Below, piece after piece: positions 1-9,055 of a stretch of DNA of 64,000 nt. The notes beneath the pieces were generated by a model that was given only the letters and a program-made list of their open reading frames with translations, made no database searches and was not told the origin of the DNA. Both the position numbers and the translations under genes were made by a program. The stretch comes from Candidatus Woesearchaeota archaeon (GTDB lineage: Archaea; Nanobdellota; Nanobdellia; Pacearchaeales; GW2011-AR1). The DNA is taken from positions 10,161 through 74,160 of the forward strand of contig CAZETU010000006.1 in NCBI GenBank assembly GCA_964514585.1, written 5' to 3'. Positions within the stretch are counted from its first letter, which is position 1. The number at the start of each line of letters is the position of its first letter.

Positions 1-1
1 T

Positions 2-700
2 AGACGTGATGTTAATTATACGTGGATTAGTTATGATGATTTGTCGAAAGGGTTTTTTGATGATGTTGATTTGGTGGTGACGATTGGAGGGGATGGAGTT
101 TTTATTCGCGTTTCGCATTTTGTTCGTGATACGCCTCTTTTGGGAATTAATAGCGACGAGGATACTAGTGAAGGGGCATTGAAGGAGATTTCTGGGAAGG
201 ATTTGAAATGTTTCGAGGAGATTTTGGATGGGAACTTTGATGTTGTACAAAGGACGCGGGCGCGGGTTGTTAGGAATGGGGAGCTTGTGAAGGAGCTTGC
301 GATTAATGAGGTTTATGTTGGGGTTGAGAATCAGTTTCATACTTCGAGGTATACCATTGAGCATGAAGGGCAGGAAGAAGAGCAGAGGAGTTCTGGGGTT
401 TTGATTGCGACGGGAACTGGAAGTAGCGCTTGGTATAATTCGGCTGGTGGTGAGAAGTTTGATGCAAGTGGGAATAGCTTGAAATTTATTGTTCGGGAGC
501 TTTTTAGTGCTAGATTATTTCGTCCTAGAATTTTGCATGGGGAAATTTCGGGTGAGAAAGAAATTGTTTTGAAGTCTAAGAGGAAAGATGGTGGGGTGAT
601 TGCTATCGACGGTGCTATTGTTTATCCGTTTAATTCTGATGATGAAATTAGGATTCGGGTTTGTAGTCAAAGATTAAATGTTATTGTGCCGAGAAAATGA
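2..700 (+). CDS. nadK: NAD(+) kinase, 5'-truncated by the window edge
   Basis: GGDG motif (VTIGGDGVF), NE motif (LAINEV), G..(A)TGTGSSAW motif. The frame is open back to base 2, so the TTG at 41 is not the true start. Confidence 0.9.
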   Translation, partial: RRDVNYTWISYDDLSKGFFDDVDLVVTIGGDGVFIRVSHFVRDTPLLGINSDEDTSEGALKEISGKDLKCFEEILDGNFDVVQRTRARVVRNGELVKELAINEVYVGVENQFHTSRYTIEHEGQEEEQRSSGVLIATGTGSSAWYNSAGGEKFDASGNSLKFIVRELFSARLFRPRILHGEISGEKEIVLKSKRKDGGVIAIDGAIVYPFNSDDEIRIRVCSQRLNVIVPRK

Positions 701-1266
701 GGGTAGGGATATTTGGTGGGAGTTTTGATCCGATCCATAATACGCATTTGAGAATTGTTAAGGAAGTTATTGGCAAGAAATTGGTTGATGAGGTTTGGGT
801 GATGCCCTGTAAAGAACATGCATTTGGAAAGAGGTCTGTTATTTTTGATGATCGTGTTGAAATGGTTCGATTGGCAGTGGATGGTTTGGAGAGAGTTCGG
901 GTTAGTTTATTTGAATCTGGGATTGATGGGGTGACGTATACCTACAAAACTATGGGGCTTTTGAAAGAGAAATATCCTGAGTATGAGTTCTTGTGGATTG
1001 TTGGGTCGGATATTCCTAGAGTGATAAATAAGTGGAAAAATTACGATGAGCTTTTGAGGGAAATTGAATTTGTTGTTTTTGAAAGGGAAGATTACCCTAT
1101 TGAGAATAAGTTTGGGATGAGAATTAAAGGTGCGATTCGTGATAATGTTGATGGGGCTTCGTCGACTGAGATTCGACAATGTGTTCAGAATGGCGATTCT
1201 TTAATTGGACTGGTTCCTGGGGCAGTTGAAAAATATATAAAGCGAAAAGGGCTGTATAAGTTATGA
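697..1266 (+). CDS. nadD: Nicotinate/nicotinamide-nucleotide adenylyltransferase, bacterial NadD type
   Basis: GIFGGSFDPIHNTH (HxGH variant), R..M, TY/T, IVGSD..W, SSTEIR motifs; ATGA overlap with the upstream gene. Confidence 0.9.
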   Translation: MRVGIFGGSFDPIHNTHLRIVKEVIGKKLVDEVWVMPCKEHAFGKRSVIFDDRVEMVRLAVDGLERVRVSLFESGIDGVTYTYKTMGLLKEKYPEYEFLWIVGSDIPRVINKWKNYDELLREIEFVVFEREDYPIENKFGMRIKGAIRDNVDGASSTEIRQCVQNGDSLIGLVPGAVEKYIKRKGLYKL

Positions 1267-1940
1267 AAGAAAAGGGATTGAGGGATTATGAGCATCCATC
1301 GGTTACTGCGGATATAGTTGTTTTTTCCGTGAAGGATAATGACTTGAAGGTTTTGTTAATTAAGCGAGCGCTCAAACCGTTTGAAAATAAGTGGGCTATT
1401 CCTGGCGGATTTCTTCGGATGCATGAGTCTCCTGAGGATGCAGCTCATCGAGAATTAAGGGAAGAGACGGGGGTTGATTCTTGTTATCTTGAGCAGCTTT
1501 ATACATTTGGGGCGGTTGGTAGGGATCCAAGGGGTCGAGTTATTTCGATTGCTTATTTTGCTTTGATTAATTCTGATGATGTTTCCTTGAGGGCTACTAC
1601 GGATGCTAAGGATGTGAAGTGGTTTTCTGTTGGTAAATTGCCTAAGCTTTCATTTGACCATAAGGAGATTTTGGATTATGCTTTGAAGCGGCTTCGGTGG
1701 AAGTTTGAATATACGACGATTGCGTTTTCTTTGTTGTCTGGAAAATTTCCGTTGTCTAACTTGAGGAGAATATATGAGACTGTTTTTGATAAGAAGTTTG
1801 ATAAGAGGAATTTTAGTAAGAAGATTTTGTCTTTGGGGATTGTGAAAGAGACGAGTGAGATTCAGCAGGGAGTTGCTTTTAGGCCGGCTCAGCTTTATGG
1901 GTTTACCGGGAAGGTTGGCGATATTATTAAGATGATTTAG
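1263..1940 (+). CDS. nrtR: NrtR-family Nudix/winged-helix regulator (ADP-ribose-responsive)
   Basis: SVTAD..L.VLLIKR..WAIPGGF, Nudix box (EDAAHRELREETG), EQLYTFG..RDPRGR, FDH..I, C-terminal wHTH (DKRNF..RPAQLY). Confidence 0.85.
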   Translation: MKEKGLRDYEHPSVTADIVVFSVKDNDLKVLLIKRALKPFENKWAIPGGFLRMHESPEDAAHRELREETGVDSCYLEQLYTFGAVGRDPRGRVISIAYFALINSDDVSLRATTDAKDVKWFSVGKLPKLSFDHKEILDYALKRLRWKFEYTTIAFSLLSGKFPLSNLRRIYETVFDKKFDKRNFSKKILSLGIVKETSEIQQGVAFRPAQLYGFTGKVGDIIKMI

Positions 1941-1949
1941 ATTTGTCTA

Positions 1950-1983
1950 GTATAATAATTCTTAAATAAGACTGATTTGTGGA
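1950..1983 (+). promoter_or_regulatory. 34-bp promoter cassette, copy 1 (TATA CTTAAATA at 1961)
   Basis: GTATAATAATTCTTAAATAAG-ac-TGATTTGTGGA; 32/34 identical to 2451-2484; TATA lies 30 nt before ATG 1991. Confidence 0.75.
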
Positions 1984-1990
1984 GTTTTGT

Positions 1991-2401
1991 ATGAAGGTAA
2001 TTCCATGGATTGGGTATTATGGTAGAATGAAGTCAGCGAAGCAGGCTCTTGAAGGAGCGGGCTATACTGTTGACATGAGGGGGAATATGCATTGTGGGAT
2101 GGGCGCTCTTACTCAAAATAATTATGATATTATGATAGTTCAGGATTCAGTTGAAGCTGGGACATTTGAATTGCCCGAGGGAGTTCGTCCTGATGATCCG
2201 ATAGGAAGAGTTCAGGCTTTTTTGGGTGTAGTGAGGAGATTAGAAAGATATTCTGAAAGTCCGATTATTATTCCGCATACTATTTCTGCAATAGATAGAG
2301 CCAGGGAATTGGAGATTGATGCAAATATTCATCTTGTTAGTATGCTTTATGCTGATTCGACAACTTGTTTGGTTGAGACTGTTGGGAAGTATTTAAGCTA
2401 G
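1991..2401 (+). CDS. Degenerate stand-alone receiver (CheY-like) domain protein, paralog 1
   Basis: ALEGAGYTVD..ALTQNNYDIMIVQD..PIIIP resembles REC beta1-beta4; ATG at 1991 preferred over GTG at 1979. Confidence 0.55.
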   Translation: MKVIPWIGYYGRMKSAKQALEGAGYTVDMRGNMHCGMGALTQNNYDIMIVQDSVEAGTFELPEGVRPDDPIGRVQAFLGVVRRLERYSESPIIIPHTISAIDRARELEIDANIHLVSMLYADSTTCLVETVGKYLS

Positions 2402-2450
2402 GTTAATTTTATATGGAATGGGTTGTTGTTGATGTGACCTGAGTTGTTTG

Positions 2451-2484
2451 GTATAATAATTCTTAAATAAGGTTGATTTGTGGA
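2451..2484 (+). promoter_or_regulatory. 34-bp promoter cassette, copy 2
   Basis: Near-identical to 1950-1983; TATA at 2462 lies 29 nt before ATG 2491. Confidence 0.75.
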
Positions 2485-2490
2485 ATGGCT

Positions 2491-2925
2491 ATGACAGATG
2501 AGATAGAAATTCCATGGCTTGGACAGAATAGTAGAGTAGATAGATATGTTCCTTCCTGTGGAAAAAAGGGATTTAAAATTATACCTTCTGAATCTGTAGC
2601 GAGTGGACTTGAGTTACTTAGGGAAGTTGATTATTATCCGGCCATTATTGTTCAAGACTGGATTGAGCCCAGAATGACTCTTCCAGCTAGAGTTGAATCT
2701 AATGCGGACATAGTCTCATATTTATTGCAAGAAGTGAGAAATATTCCAGATTATTGTTTTGAAGAAGGTGGAGGAGTTCCGATTCTTATTCCCTATTATC
2801 CTGGGGCACGTCAAGAATTAGAAAAACTTAGAATTGATAAGGGTATTTATTTTCTTGATATGAAAGCAGAGGGTGGTTCTTTGGACTGTGTTGCCAATAA
2901 ACTTGTAGAGATTTTGAGTCTTTAG
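2491..2925 (+). CDS. Degenerate stand-alone receiver-like protein, paralog 2
   Basis: IPWLG..KGFKII..SGLELLREVDYYPAIIVQD..VPILIP; shares IPW.G, IIVQD and P(I/L)IP with the upstream paralog. Confidence 0.55.
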   Translation: MTDEIEIPWLGQNSRVDRYVPSCGKKGFKIIPSESVASGLELLREVDYYPAIIVQDWIEPRMTLPARVESNADIVSYLLQEVRNIPDYCFEEGGGVPILIPYYPGARQELEKLRIDKGIYFLDMKAEGGSLDCVANKLVEILSL

Positions 2926-2959
2926 AAATTTTTATAAGGGGAGGAATCTTAATTTTACC

Positions 2960-3997
2960 ATGTTAGAGCAGTACTTTGAGAATCAATATTTGAGGGCGTT
3001 GGTGGTTTTCGTAGTTGTGTTTGTAGTTTTGAGATTGGTGGTTTATATTATTGCCCATGTTTTGCCGAAGCTGGTTTCTAAGACTAAGACAACTTTGGAT
3101 GACGTTATTCTTGAGAAGACTTCGTCGCCGTTGACGATTATTGCGCTTTTGGCTGGTGTTCGTTTTGCTATTGGCGAGGTTAATTTGCAAGAGACTTTGA
3201 GCATGACGATTGAAGGAATTATTTTGACTTTGATTATTTTTGCTGCTGCTATCTTGGTTTATTATGTTTTGGACTCGTTGATTATGATTGGGTTTAAGGA
3301 ATTTGGTGGTAAGTCTAAGGTAAAAATTAATGAGAGCTTGTTGCAGTTTTTTCATAGTATTTTGAAGATTGTGATTATTGTGGTTGCGTTCTTGGTGATT
3401 TTGGCTAGTTGGGGAATTGAGATTGGGCCGCTTTTGGCTGGGCTTGGCGTTGCTGGTATTGCGATTGCTTTTGCTTTGCAGTCTACTTTGAGTAATATTT
3501 TTGGTGGGATTTCGATGTTGCTTGATAAGTCGATTAGCGTAGGGGACGCTGTTAAGTTGGACGATGGAACGATGGGAAAAATAAAGAAAATTAATCTTAG
3601 GAGTACTAAGGTTTTGACGTTTGATAATGAATATATGATTGTTCCGAATGGGAAGTTGAGTGAGAGTAATATTCAGAATATTGCGTTGCCTGAACCTAAG
3701 GCTCGAGTCGTTGTTCCTTTTGGTGTTGCTTATGGTAGTGATGTTGATAAGGTTAAGAAAGTTGTTTTGGCGGAAGTTAAGAAAGTTGAGCATTATGTTG
3801 ATGACCCTGAACCTTCTGTTAAGTTTTTGGAAATGGCAGATTCAGCTTTGAATTTTAAGGCGTTTTTTCATGTTGATACTTATGAGAATAGGTATGCCGC
3901 ACTTGACGAGGCTAATACTCGAATTTACAAGGCTTTAGGTAAAAATAAGATTGAGATTCCATTCCCTCAGATGGATGTTCATTTGAAGAAGAAGTAG
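2960..3997 (+). CDS. mscS: Small-conductance mechanosensitive channel
   Basis: TM helices, LLAGLGVAGIAIAFALQSTLSN, GD.V, I.LRST..D..PN, GVAYGSD, IEIPFPQ. Confidence 0.95.
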   Translation: MLEQYFENQYLRALVVFVVVFVVLRLVVYIIAHVLPKLVSKTKTTLDDVILEKTSSPLTIIALLAGVRFAIGEVNLQETLSMTIEGIILTLIIFAAAILVYYVLDSLIMIGFKEFGGKSKVKINESLLQFFHSILKIVIIVVAFLVILASWGIEIGPLLAGLGVAGIAIAFALQSTLSNIFGGISMLLDKSISVGDAVKLDDGTMGKIKKINLRSTKVLTFDNEYMIVPNGKLSESNIQNIALPEPKARVVVPFGVAYGSDVDKVKKVVLAEVKKVEHYVDDPEPSVKFLEMADSALNFKAFFHVDTYENRYAALDEANTRIYKALGKNKIEIPFPQMDVHLKKK

Positions 3998-4492
3998 CTA
4001 GTTAGTTTTTATGGCTGTGATTAGAATTATTGCTCCGAGGACGAAGCCGGCTATGATGTCTGTTAACCAGTGGACTCGAAGGTAGATTCTTGTGAAGCCG
4101 ATTAGAAGGATGATTAGGGTTGTGATTATTGTTATTAATTTTGTTTTTTTCTTTGGGATTAGGTAGACTAACATTCCTAGGAATACTACTACGACAGTTG
4201 CGTGGCCGCTTGGGAAAGAGTGACTGGTGCTTTCGATTAGAGCGTTTAGAGGTCTGGATCTTTGGGATACTTCTTTTGTTATCCAAATTAGTGCTCCTGT
4301 AATAATCATTGTTATAGCGAATATGGTTCCTTTTTTTCTTGAGACCTTTAAAAAGAGGTATGCTGAGATTATTAGGGAGATTACGATTAGGACTTCGGGT
4401 TCGAAGATTGTTGAGACGATTTTTGAGAATATTGTTAGGGGTTGGTTTTCGATTTGGGTCATTAGAGCGTTTGTGGCTGTGTCAATTGTCAT
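3998..4492 (-). CDS. PAP2-superfamily membrane phosphatase
   Basis: K....RSRP, SFPSGH, TRIYLRVHWLTD motifs. Confidence 0.9.
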   Translation of the reverse strand: MTIDTATNALMTQIENQPLTIFSKIVSTIFEPEVLIVISLIISAYLFLKVSRKKGTIFAITMIITGALIWITKEVSQRSRPLNALIESTSHSFPSGHATVVVVFLGMLVYLIPKKKTKLITIITTLIILLIGFTRIYLRVHWLTDIIAGFVLGAIILITAIKTN

Positions 4493-4550
4493 GTTGGAAT
4501 TAGTTTATGTAAATATTTAAAATGTTTGGATTGCTTTGGTTGTTATGGCT

Positions 4551-5591
4551 AAGATTGTTTTGATTTCTTGTGTTAGTATGAAACTTAATCATGAGTCTGC
4601 TGCTCGAGATTTGTATGTGAGTCCACTTTTTTGTAAGAATCTTCGATATGCCGAGATGCTGAATCCTGATAAAATTTTTATCTTATCGGCTAAATATGAA
4701 TTACTTGGGCTTAATGATATTGTTGAGCCTTACAATAAAACTTTGAATACCATGTCTTTGGAGGAAAATAAAAAATGGGCAGATTTGGTTTTGAATCAGT
4801 TGAAAGAGTTTTCAGATTTTGAGAATGATGATTTTGTTTTTTTGGCTGGCAATAATTATAGAAGATTTTTGATTCCGCATCTCAAGAATTATTCTGTGCC
4901 AATGGAAGGTTTGGGTATTGGAAAGCAGCTTCAATGGTTAACTAAAAAAATTAAGGGTGGGAATTGTAGGGTGCTTCATAGATTGTTTGATAAAATGGAA
5001 AAACACTCATTTCCTTTTGATGAAGGTGGTATCCCAAAAAATGGGATTTATGTTTTATTTGAAAAGGGTGAAATGGGACATTCTGGGAATAGGGTTGTTC
5101 GCGTTGGTACACATACTGGAGTTGATCAACTTAGGTCTAGGTTGTTTCAGTATTTTTTGAATGAGAATAAAGATAGAAGTATTTTTAGAAAAAATATCGG
5201 AAGAGCTTTGTTAAATAAGAGGGGAGATTCTTTTCTCGATAGCTGGGAGTTGGATTTGACTACCCTTGAGGCTAAGGAAAAATATAGCAAAGAAATTGAT
5301 TTTAAAAAACAGAAAGAAACTGAGGGGCAAGTGACTAGGTATATTCAAGATAATTTTTCTTTTGTGGTCTTTCCCGTTGGGGATAAGGTTCGGAGACTTG
5401 AGATTGAATCTAAGATTATATCTACGGTTTCTAATTGCAAAGAATGTTTTCCTTCTGCTGAATGGTTGGGGAATTTTTCTCCTAAAGATAAAATTAAGAA
5501 AAGTGGGCTTTGGTTGGTTAATGAACTTTGGAAAGAGGGTTTGAGTGATGATAATTTGAAAGAATTAGAAAACTTAATATCTGTGGAATAA
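4551..5591 (+). CDS. DUF6884-like N-terminal domain fused to a GIY-YIG-type nuclease domain
   Basis: ISCVSMK..A.DLY.SPLF..ILSAKY.L (DUF6884-like); GIYVLFE..VVRVGTH..LRSRL..NKDRSIFRKNIG (GIY-YIG-like). The start codon is uncertain (ORF track 4536); 4551 is an approximation near the internal ATG. Confidence 0.6.
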   Translation, partial: KIVLISCVSMKLNHESAARDLYVSPLFCKNLRYAEMLNPDKIFILSAKYELLGLNDIVEPYNKTLNTMSLEENKKWADLVLNQLKEFSDFENDDFVFLAGNNYRRFLIPHLKNYSVPMEGLGIGKQLQWLTKKIKGGNCRVLHRLFDKMEKHSFPFDEGGIPKNGIYVLFEKGEMGHSGNRVVRVGTHTGVDQLRSRLFQYFLNENKDRSIFRKNIGRALLNKRGDSFLDSWELDLTTLEAKEKYSKEIDFKKQKETEGQVTRYIQDNFSFVVFPVGDKVRRLEIESKIISTVSNCKECFPSAEWLGNFSPKDKIKKSGLWLVNELWKEGLSDDNLKELENLISVE

Positions 5592-6257
5592 AATAAGCCC
5601 GTTACTATCTCGAATGTATATTGTGTCGCCGTCGGTGTTCCAAATGTGAGAGAATGTTTCTATATATTGTGAGTTGGGTTGTATTGTTGCTTGGTAGATG
5701 TGATTTGCATCGTCTTTGTATGTGATTTCTAAAATAATATTGCAGTTATTTTTGAGGGTTAAGGATTCTGGTTCGTCTGTTTTGAATTCTATGATTTCTA
5801 TGCAGTTTTCGTTAGGTGATTTTTGCCAGAGGTTTAGTTGATTTGTTCTTGCGAATTCTTCGGCTTTTTTGAGGGCTTCGTAGTGATGGTCTTTTTCATA
5901 GTAGTATAAATTTCCTAATCCTTCTTTCAAAATTGCCTCGTTGATGTTTTGATTGTTTAGGAAAATGTAGGCTAAGGTTCTGCCATATTTGTCATGACCT
6001 GTTTTTTCGATTGAGATTTTGTTATTTTGAATTGTTTTATTAAGGAACTGTTTTGCCTCTTTGTAGAATTGCTTTGATCTTTCTGGGGTATTGATTCCTT
6101 CGAGTCTTAGGATTTCTCCGGATTCTAATTTTATCGTATCTCCATCTGTTATGTGTTGGACGTATGATGTTTGGAGTGATTTTGATGAGGCTATTTGGTA
6201 GTAGAAGATGCCTGATGTTATGAAAAGGATGATTAGGATCGTGGGTTTGAAGTTCAT
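5574..6257 (-). CDS. Secreted/anchored thermonuclease (SNase) with lamin-tail-like C-terminal domain
   Basis: N-terminal TM, ITDGDTI, RLEGINTPE, DKYGRTLAY, NLW; C-terminal WNTDGDTIYIRD. Confidence 0.85.
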   Translation of the reverse strand: MNFKPTILIILFITSGIFYYQIASSKSLQTSYVQHITDGDTIKLESGEILRLEGINTPERSKQFYKEAKQFLNKTIQNNKISIEKTGHDKYGRTLAYIFLNNQNINEAILKEGLGNLYYYEKDHHYEALKKAEEFARTNQLNLWQKSPNENCIEIIEFKTDEPESLTLKNNCNIILEITYKDDANHIYQATIQPNSQYIETFSHIWNTDGDTIYIRDSNGLILFHRY

Positions 6258-6307
6258 GGTTGTTTTAGGACAGTAAGGTTTAAAAGTGTAATTTTTGTTG
6301 ATGTCAT

Positions 6308-6616
6308 ATGAGTAAAGTAAGGATTAAATTACAGAGTGTCGATATCGATAAATTGAATGAAGTTATCGATAGGATAAAGACGATAGCTAGTGGAGCTGGA
6401 ATGCCAATAAGTGGTCCGATTCCTTTGCCGACTAAGCGATTGAAAGTTACAACTCGAAAGTCTCCTTGTGGGGATGGTACTGCTACTTTTGATAGATATG
6501 AAATGAGAATTCACAAGAGAGTAATTGACTTGCCAGCTAATGATAAAATTCTTCATAATATTATGAGAATATCTATTCCTAGAACTGTAAAGATTAAGAT
6601 CGAAATGGTGGACTGA
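6308..6616 (+). CDS. rpsJ: 30S ribosomal protein S10 (uS10)
   Basis: RIKL.S, GPIPLPTKRL, RKSPCGDGTATFDRYEMRIHKRVID (archaeal type). Confidence 0.97.
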   Translation: MSKVRIKLQSVDIDKLNEVIDRIKTIASGAGMPISGPIPLPTKRLKVTTRKSPCGDGTATFDRYEMRIHKRVIDLPANDKILHNIMRISIPRTVKIKIEMVD

Positions 6617-6650
6617 GGTCAAAAATTTCGTTGGTACAAAATTCTTTGGG

Positions 6651-6668
6651 AAATTTCTGCAGAAATTT
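6651..6668. other. Perfect 18-bp palindrome AAATTTCTGCAGAAATTT downstream of rpsJ
   Basis: Self-reverse-complementary; lies intergenic. Function (terminator or operator) unknown. Confidence 0.5.
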
Positions 6669-6769
6669 AAATTGTTTAATTCTACGAGATGTGACTATTG
6701 GAATTAATATTTATTTGGCTTGTGCGGCTCTATAATTAATTTTATAAAGTGAGTTTTGTGTGATTTTTT

Positions 6770-7084
6770 ATGGAACAAACATGGAGAGTTTATGCTCCGA
6801 AAGATAGGGATACTAGTTATGACTGTAAGGCGAATCTTAGGACTATAGTTAGCGTGGCTTTTGTTTTTGGTAGTCCTTTGAGATCTCATCTAAAGGCTGA
6901 TTGGGGTGATGATATTTATTTGGTGAATGTTGATGATGAGGAAGTTGCTGTTGTTGCTAGGGAGAGGGGGCAGAGGACTCAATCTAAAGGGGTATTTGAT
7001 GATAGGGAAGAGGGTATATTTTATTGTGTTTCTGATGGGAATGAACGGGCTGTTGAAAGTGCTATTGTGAAAACTTTTATGTAG
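6770..7084 (+). CDS. Hypothetical protein
   Basis: ATG start, TTTATAAA upstream, host-like codon usage. Confidence 0.65.
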   Translation: MEQTWRVYAPKDRDTSYDCKANLRTIVSVAFVFGSPLRSHLKADWGDDIYLVNVDDEEVAVVARERGQRTQSKGVFDDREEGIFYCVSDGNERAVESAIVKTFM

Positions 7085-7089
7085 ATTGA

Positions 7090-7638
7090 TTATTGATTGA
7101 AATATTTTTCTTGGTTAAGATATCGCAAGAGTTCATTGAATTCTTTTTTGATTTCTGGGAAGTCTTCAAAGTATTTTTCTTTGTGTTTCCTTATGAATTC
7201 TTCTGTCCAGTTTGTCCATTTTTCTTTGTGGTCTAAACCTTGAATTAAGGGATCTAATTTGTCTATTGCTGTTGCGAATTTTGCTTCTGGTGTTTTTCTT
7301 TCTCGGTATTCCTTGTGTAATTCTGAAATTTTAGTGGATTGAGTTTTTGGTAATTCTTTTAGAAAGTTTAGGTTGGGGGTGGTTTCGGAGTTTTCGTTTT
7401 TGATGTTTGGGTGTAGTGGCGTATCTCCGATTTCAATTTCTTCTATGTCGTGGTAGATTAGGAGGTCGTAGACTTTTTGTTTATTTAATTTTGTTAATAT
7501 TTTTGAGAGGAAGTAATCTGCTAGAATTAGGCAGCTCCAAGAATGTTCTGCGACGCTTTCTTTTCTGTTGCCGTTTGTGCTTAGTCTGTCGATTCTTTTG
7601 AGTTCGTATAATTTTGAAAGTTCGATGAGTTTTGTCAT
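7090..7638 (-). CDS. HD-domain hydrolase (YfbR/HDDC2-like 5'-deoxynucleotidase)
   Basis: R..ESVAEHSW, IYHDIEE...GD, EAKFA..IDKLD. Confidence 0.85.
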   Translation of the reverse strand: MTKLIELSKLYELKRIDRLSTNGNRKESVAEHSWSCLILADYFLSKILTKLNKQKVYDLLIYHDIEEIEIGDTPLHPNIKNENSETTPNLNFLKELPKTQSTKISELHKEYRERKTPEAKFATAIDKLDPLIQGLDHKEKWTNWTEEFIRKHKEKYFEDFPEIKKEFNELLRYLNQEKYFNQ

Positions 7639-7715
7639 GTTATATTAAATATTTTGATGTTTAAGAATTCTTTGAATGCTTAATTTTTTAAAGTGATTTT
7701 TGTGTGTCCCATTAA

Positions 7716-7796
7716 GCCCACGTCGCATAACGGTATTGCACAAGACTGGAACTCTTGACCCTTCGGGGTGCCCAGGTTCGACTCCTGGTGTGGGCG
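7716..7796 (+). tRNA. tRNA-Ser(GGA)
   Basis: Acceptor GCCCACG/TGTGGGC, anticodon stem CAAGA/TCTTG with loop CTGGAAC, long variable arm ACCC-TTCG-GGGT, T-arm CCAGG-TTCGACT-CCTGG, G73; no encoded CCA. Confidence 0.95.
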
Positions 7797-7840
7797 TTTA
7801 TTCTAATTTACTTAGATTGAATTGGTGTGGTGATAGCTAG

Positions 7841-9052
7841 ATGCGTAAACTAGATAAATCTGGATTATTTTTATTTGACATGGGTATTTTTAAATTTTTT
7901 AGAAATAGGAAAGCTATTTCGTCAGAAGTGAAAGTTGAGGATATTAGTTTTAGCGATATTGAAGACTGGATTAAGAAAAAGGTAGAAATACTTTTGCGAA
8001 ATGAGACAGAGACGCTTAGGAAAGCTGAGGATAAATTGAAGGAATTTTATATTTCTGTTGAATCTAAGCTGGAAGGGTTGGAGAAAATTGATCTTAAATC
8101 TAAGAAAGAACACGAGCGGACGAAAATTTTGGTTAGACAGGGTTTGAATAATTATGTTAATTCGGTTCGTGTTTTATTGAGAGACTTGAATGGACTCGAT
8201 AAGAACAATTTGGAAAATTTTGCTCGGGAACTTAATAAGATGTTCATGCATTTTGAAAAGACTAGTGCTGTATTTTATGGACGGGCTACTTATTTGATTG
8301 GGGATGAGATGGCAGCTGTTCGGAATGAAATTCGAATTTTTTATAATGGAATGCTTAAGGAGATTGGTGAATCGTTGATTAATGATTTGAAAAGGACTGA
8401 TAAGATTAAATTAAAACTTGAGAAGATTAATAATAATAATTTTATGGAAATTGAGAAAGGGATTATGGTGAGGAATGAGAAAATTGATGAGGCTATGAAT
8501 AAAGAAAAGGGATTGAGGGGTGAGATTGAGGAAATTTTGAATAGTTCGGAACATGCTTTGAGATTAAAGGTTAGAGAGAATATTGAAAAGTTTGAGGTTG
8601 GGTTAGATGGGGAAGTCGGTCGGTTGAAGGAACTCATTGATTTTAAAAAATTAACAACCCTTACTCATTCAAACGAAAGGGAACTTAAGACTGTTAAAGA
8701 TTATAGGGCGCATTTTGTTTCAGAATTTTTTGAAGATAATGGAGAAAGATTGCTTGCTTTATTAGTGAGTTGCAATATGAAAAGTTCTGAAATTAATAAT
8801 CAGGTTGATTTGATTAAGAAAAAAAGACTTGAGTTAGATGAGAAACGTAAGAAAGTTGGAGTTGATTATACCGTCGTTAAATTGAAGGAGATTGACGGAA
8901 CTGTGAAAGAACGAGAAATTATTGAGTTGGAGAATATCAAAGAGGATCGTCGTTTGGAGGATTTAAAATTGAAGATGAAGGGGCTAAAGAATGAGGTTAT
9001 TGAATTAGTTGAAGAGTTTGGTGGAATTAAGATCGTTTCAATACCAAGCTGA
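7841..9052 (+). CDS. Long coiled-coil hypothetical protein
   Basis: 403-aa K/E/L-rich heptad pattern; true start probably the internal MGIFKFF. Confidence 0.75.
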   Translation: MRKLDKSGLFLFDMGIFKFFRNRKAISSEVKVEDISFSDIEDWIKKKVEILLRNETETLRKAEDKLKEFYISVESKLEGLEKIDLKSKKEHERTKILVRQGLNNYVNSVRVLLRDLNGLDKNNLENFARELNKMFMHFEKTSAVFYGRATYLIGDEMAAVRNEIRIFYNGMLKEIGESLINDLKRTDKIKLKLEKINNNNFMEIEKGIMVRNEKIDEAMNKEKGLRGEIEEILNSSEHALRLKVRENIEKFEVGLDGEVGRLKELIDFKKLTTLTHSNERELKTVKDYRAHFVSEFFEDNGERLLALLVSCNMKSSEINNQVDLIKKKRLELDEKRKKVGVDYTVVKLKEIDGTVKEREIIELENIKEDRRLEDLKLKMKGLKNEVIELVEEFGGIKIVSIPS

Positions 9053-9055
9053 TTT

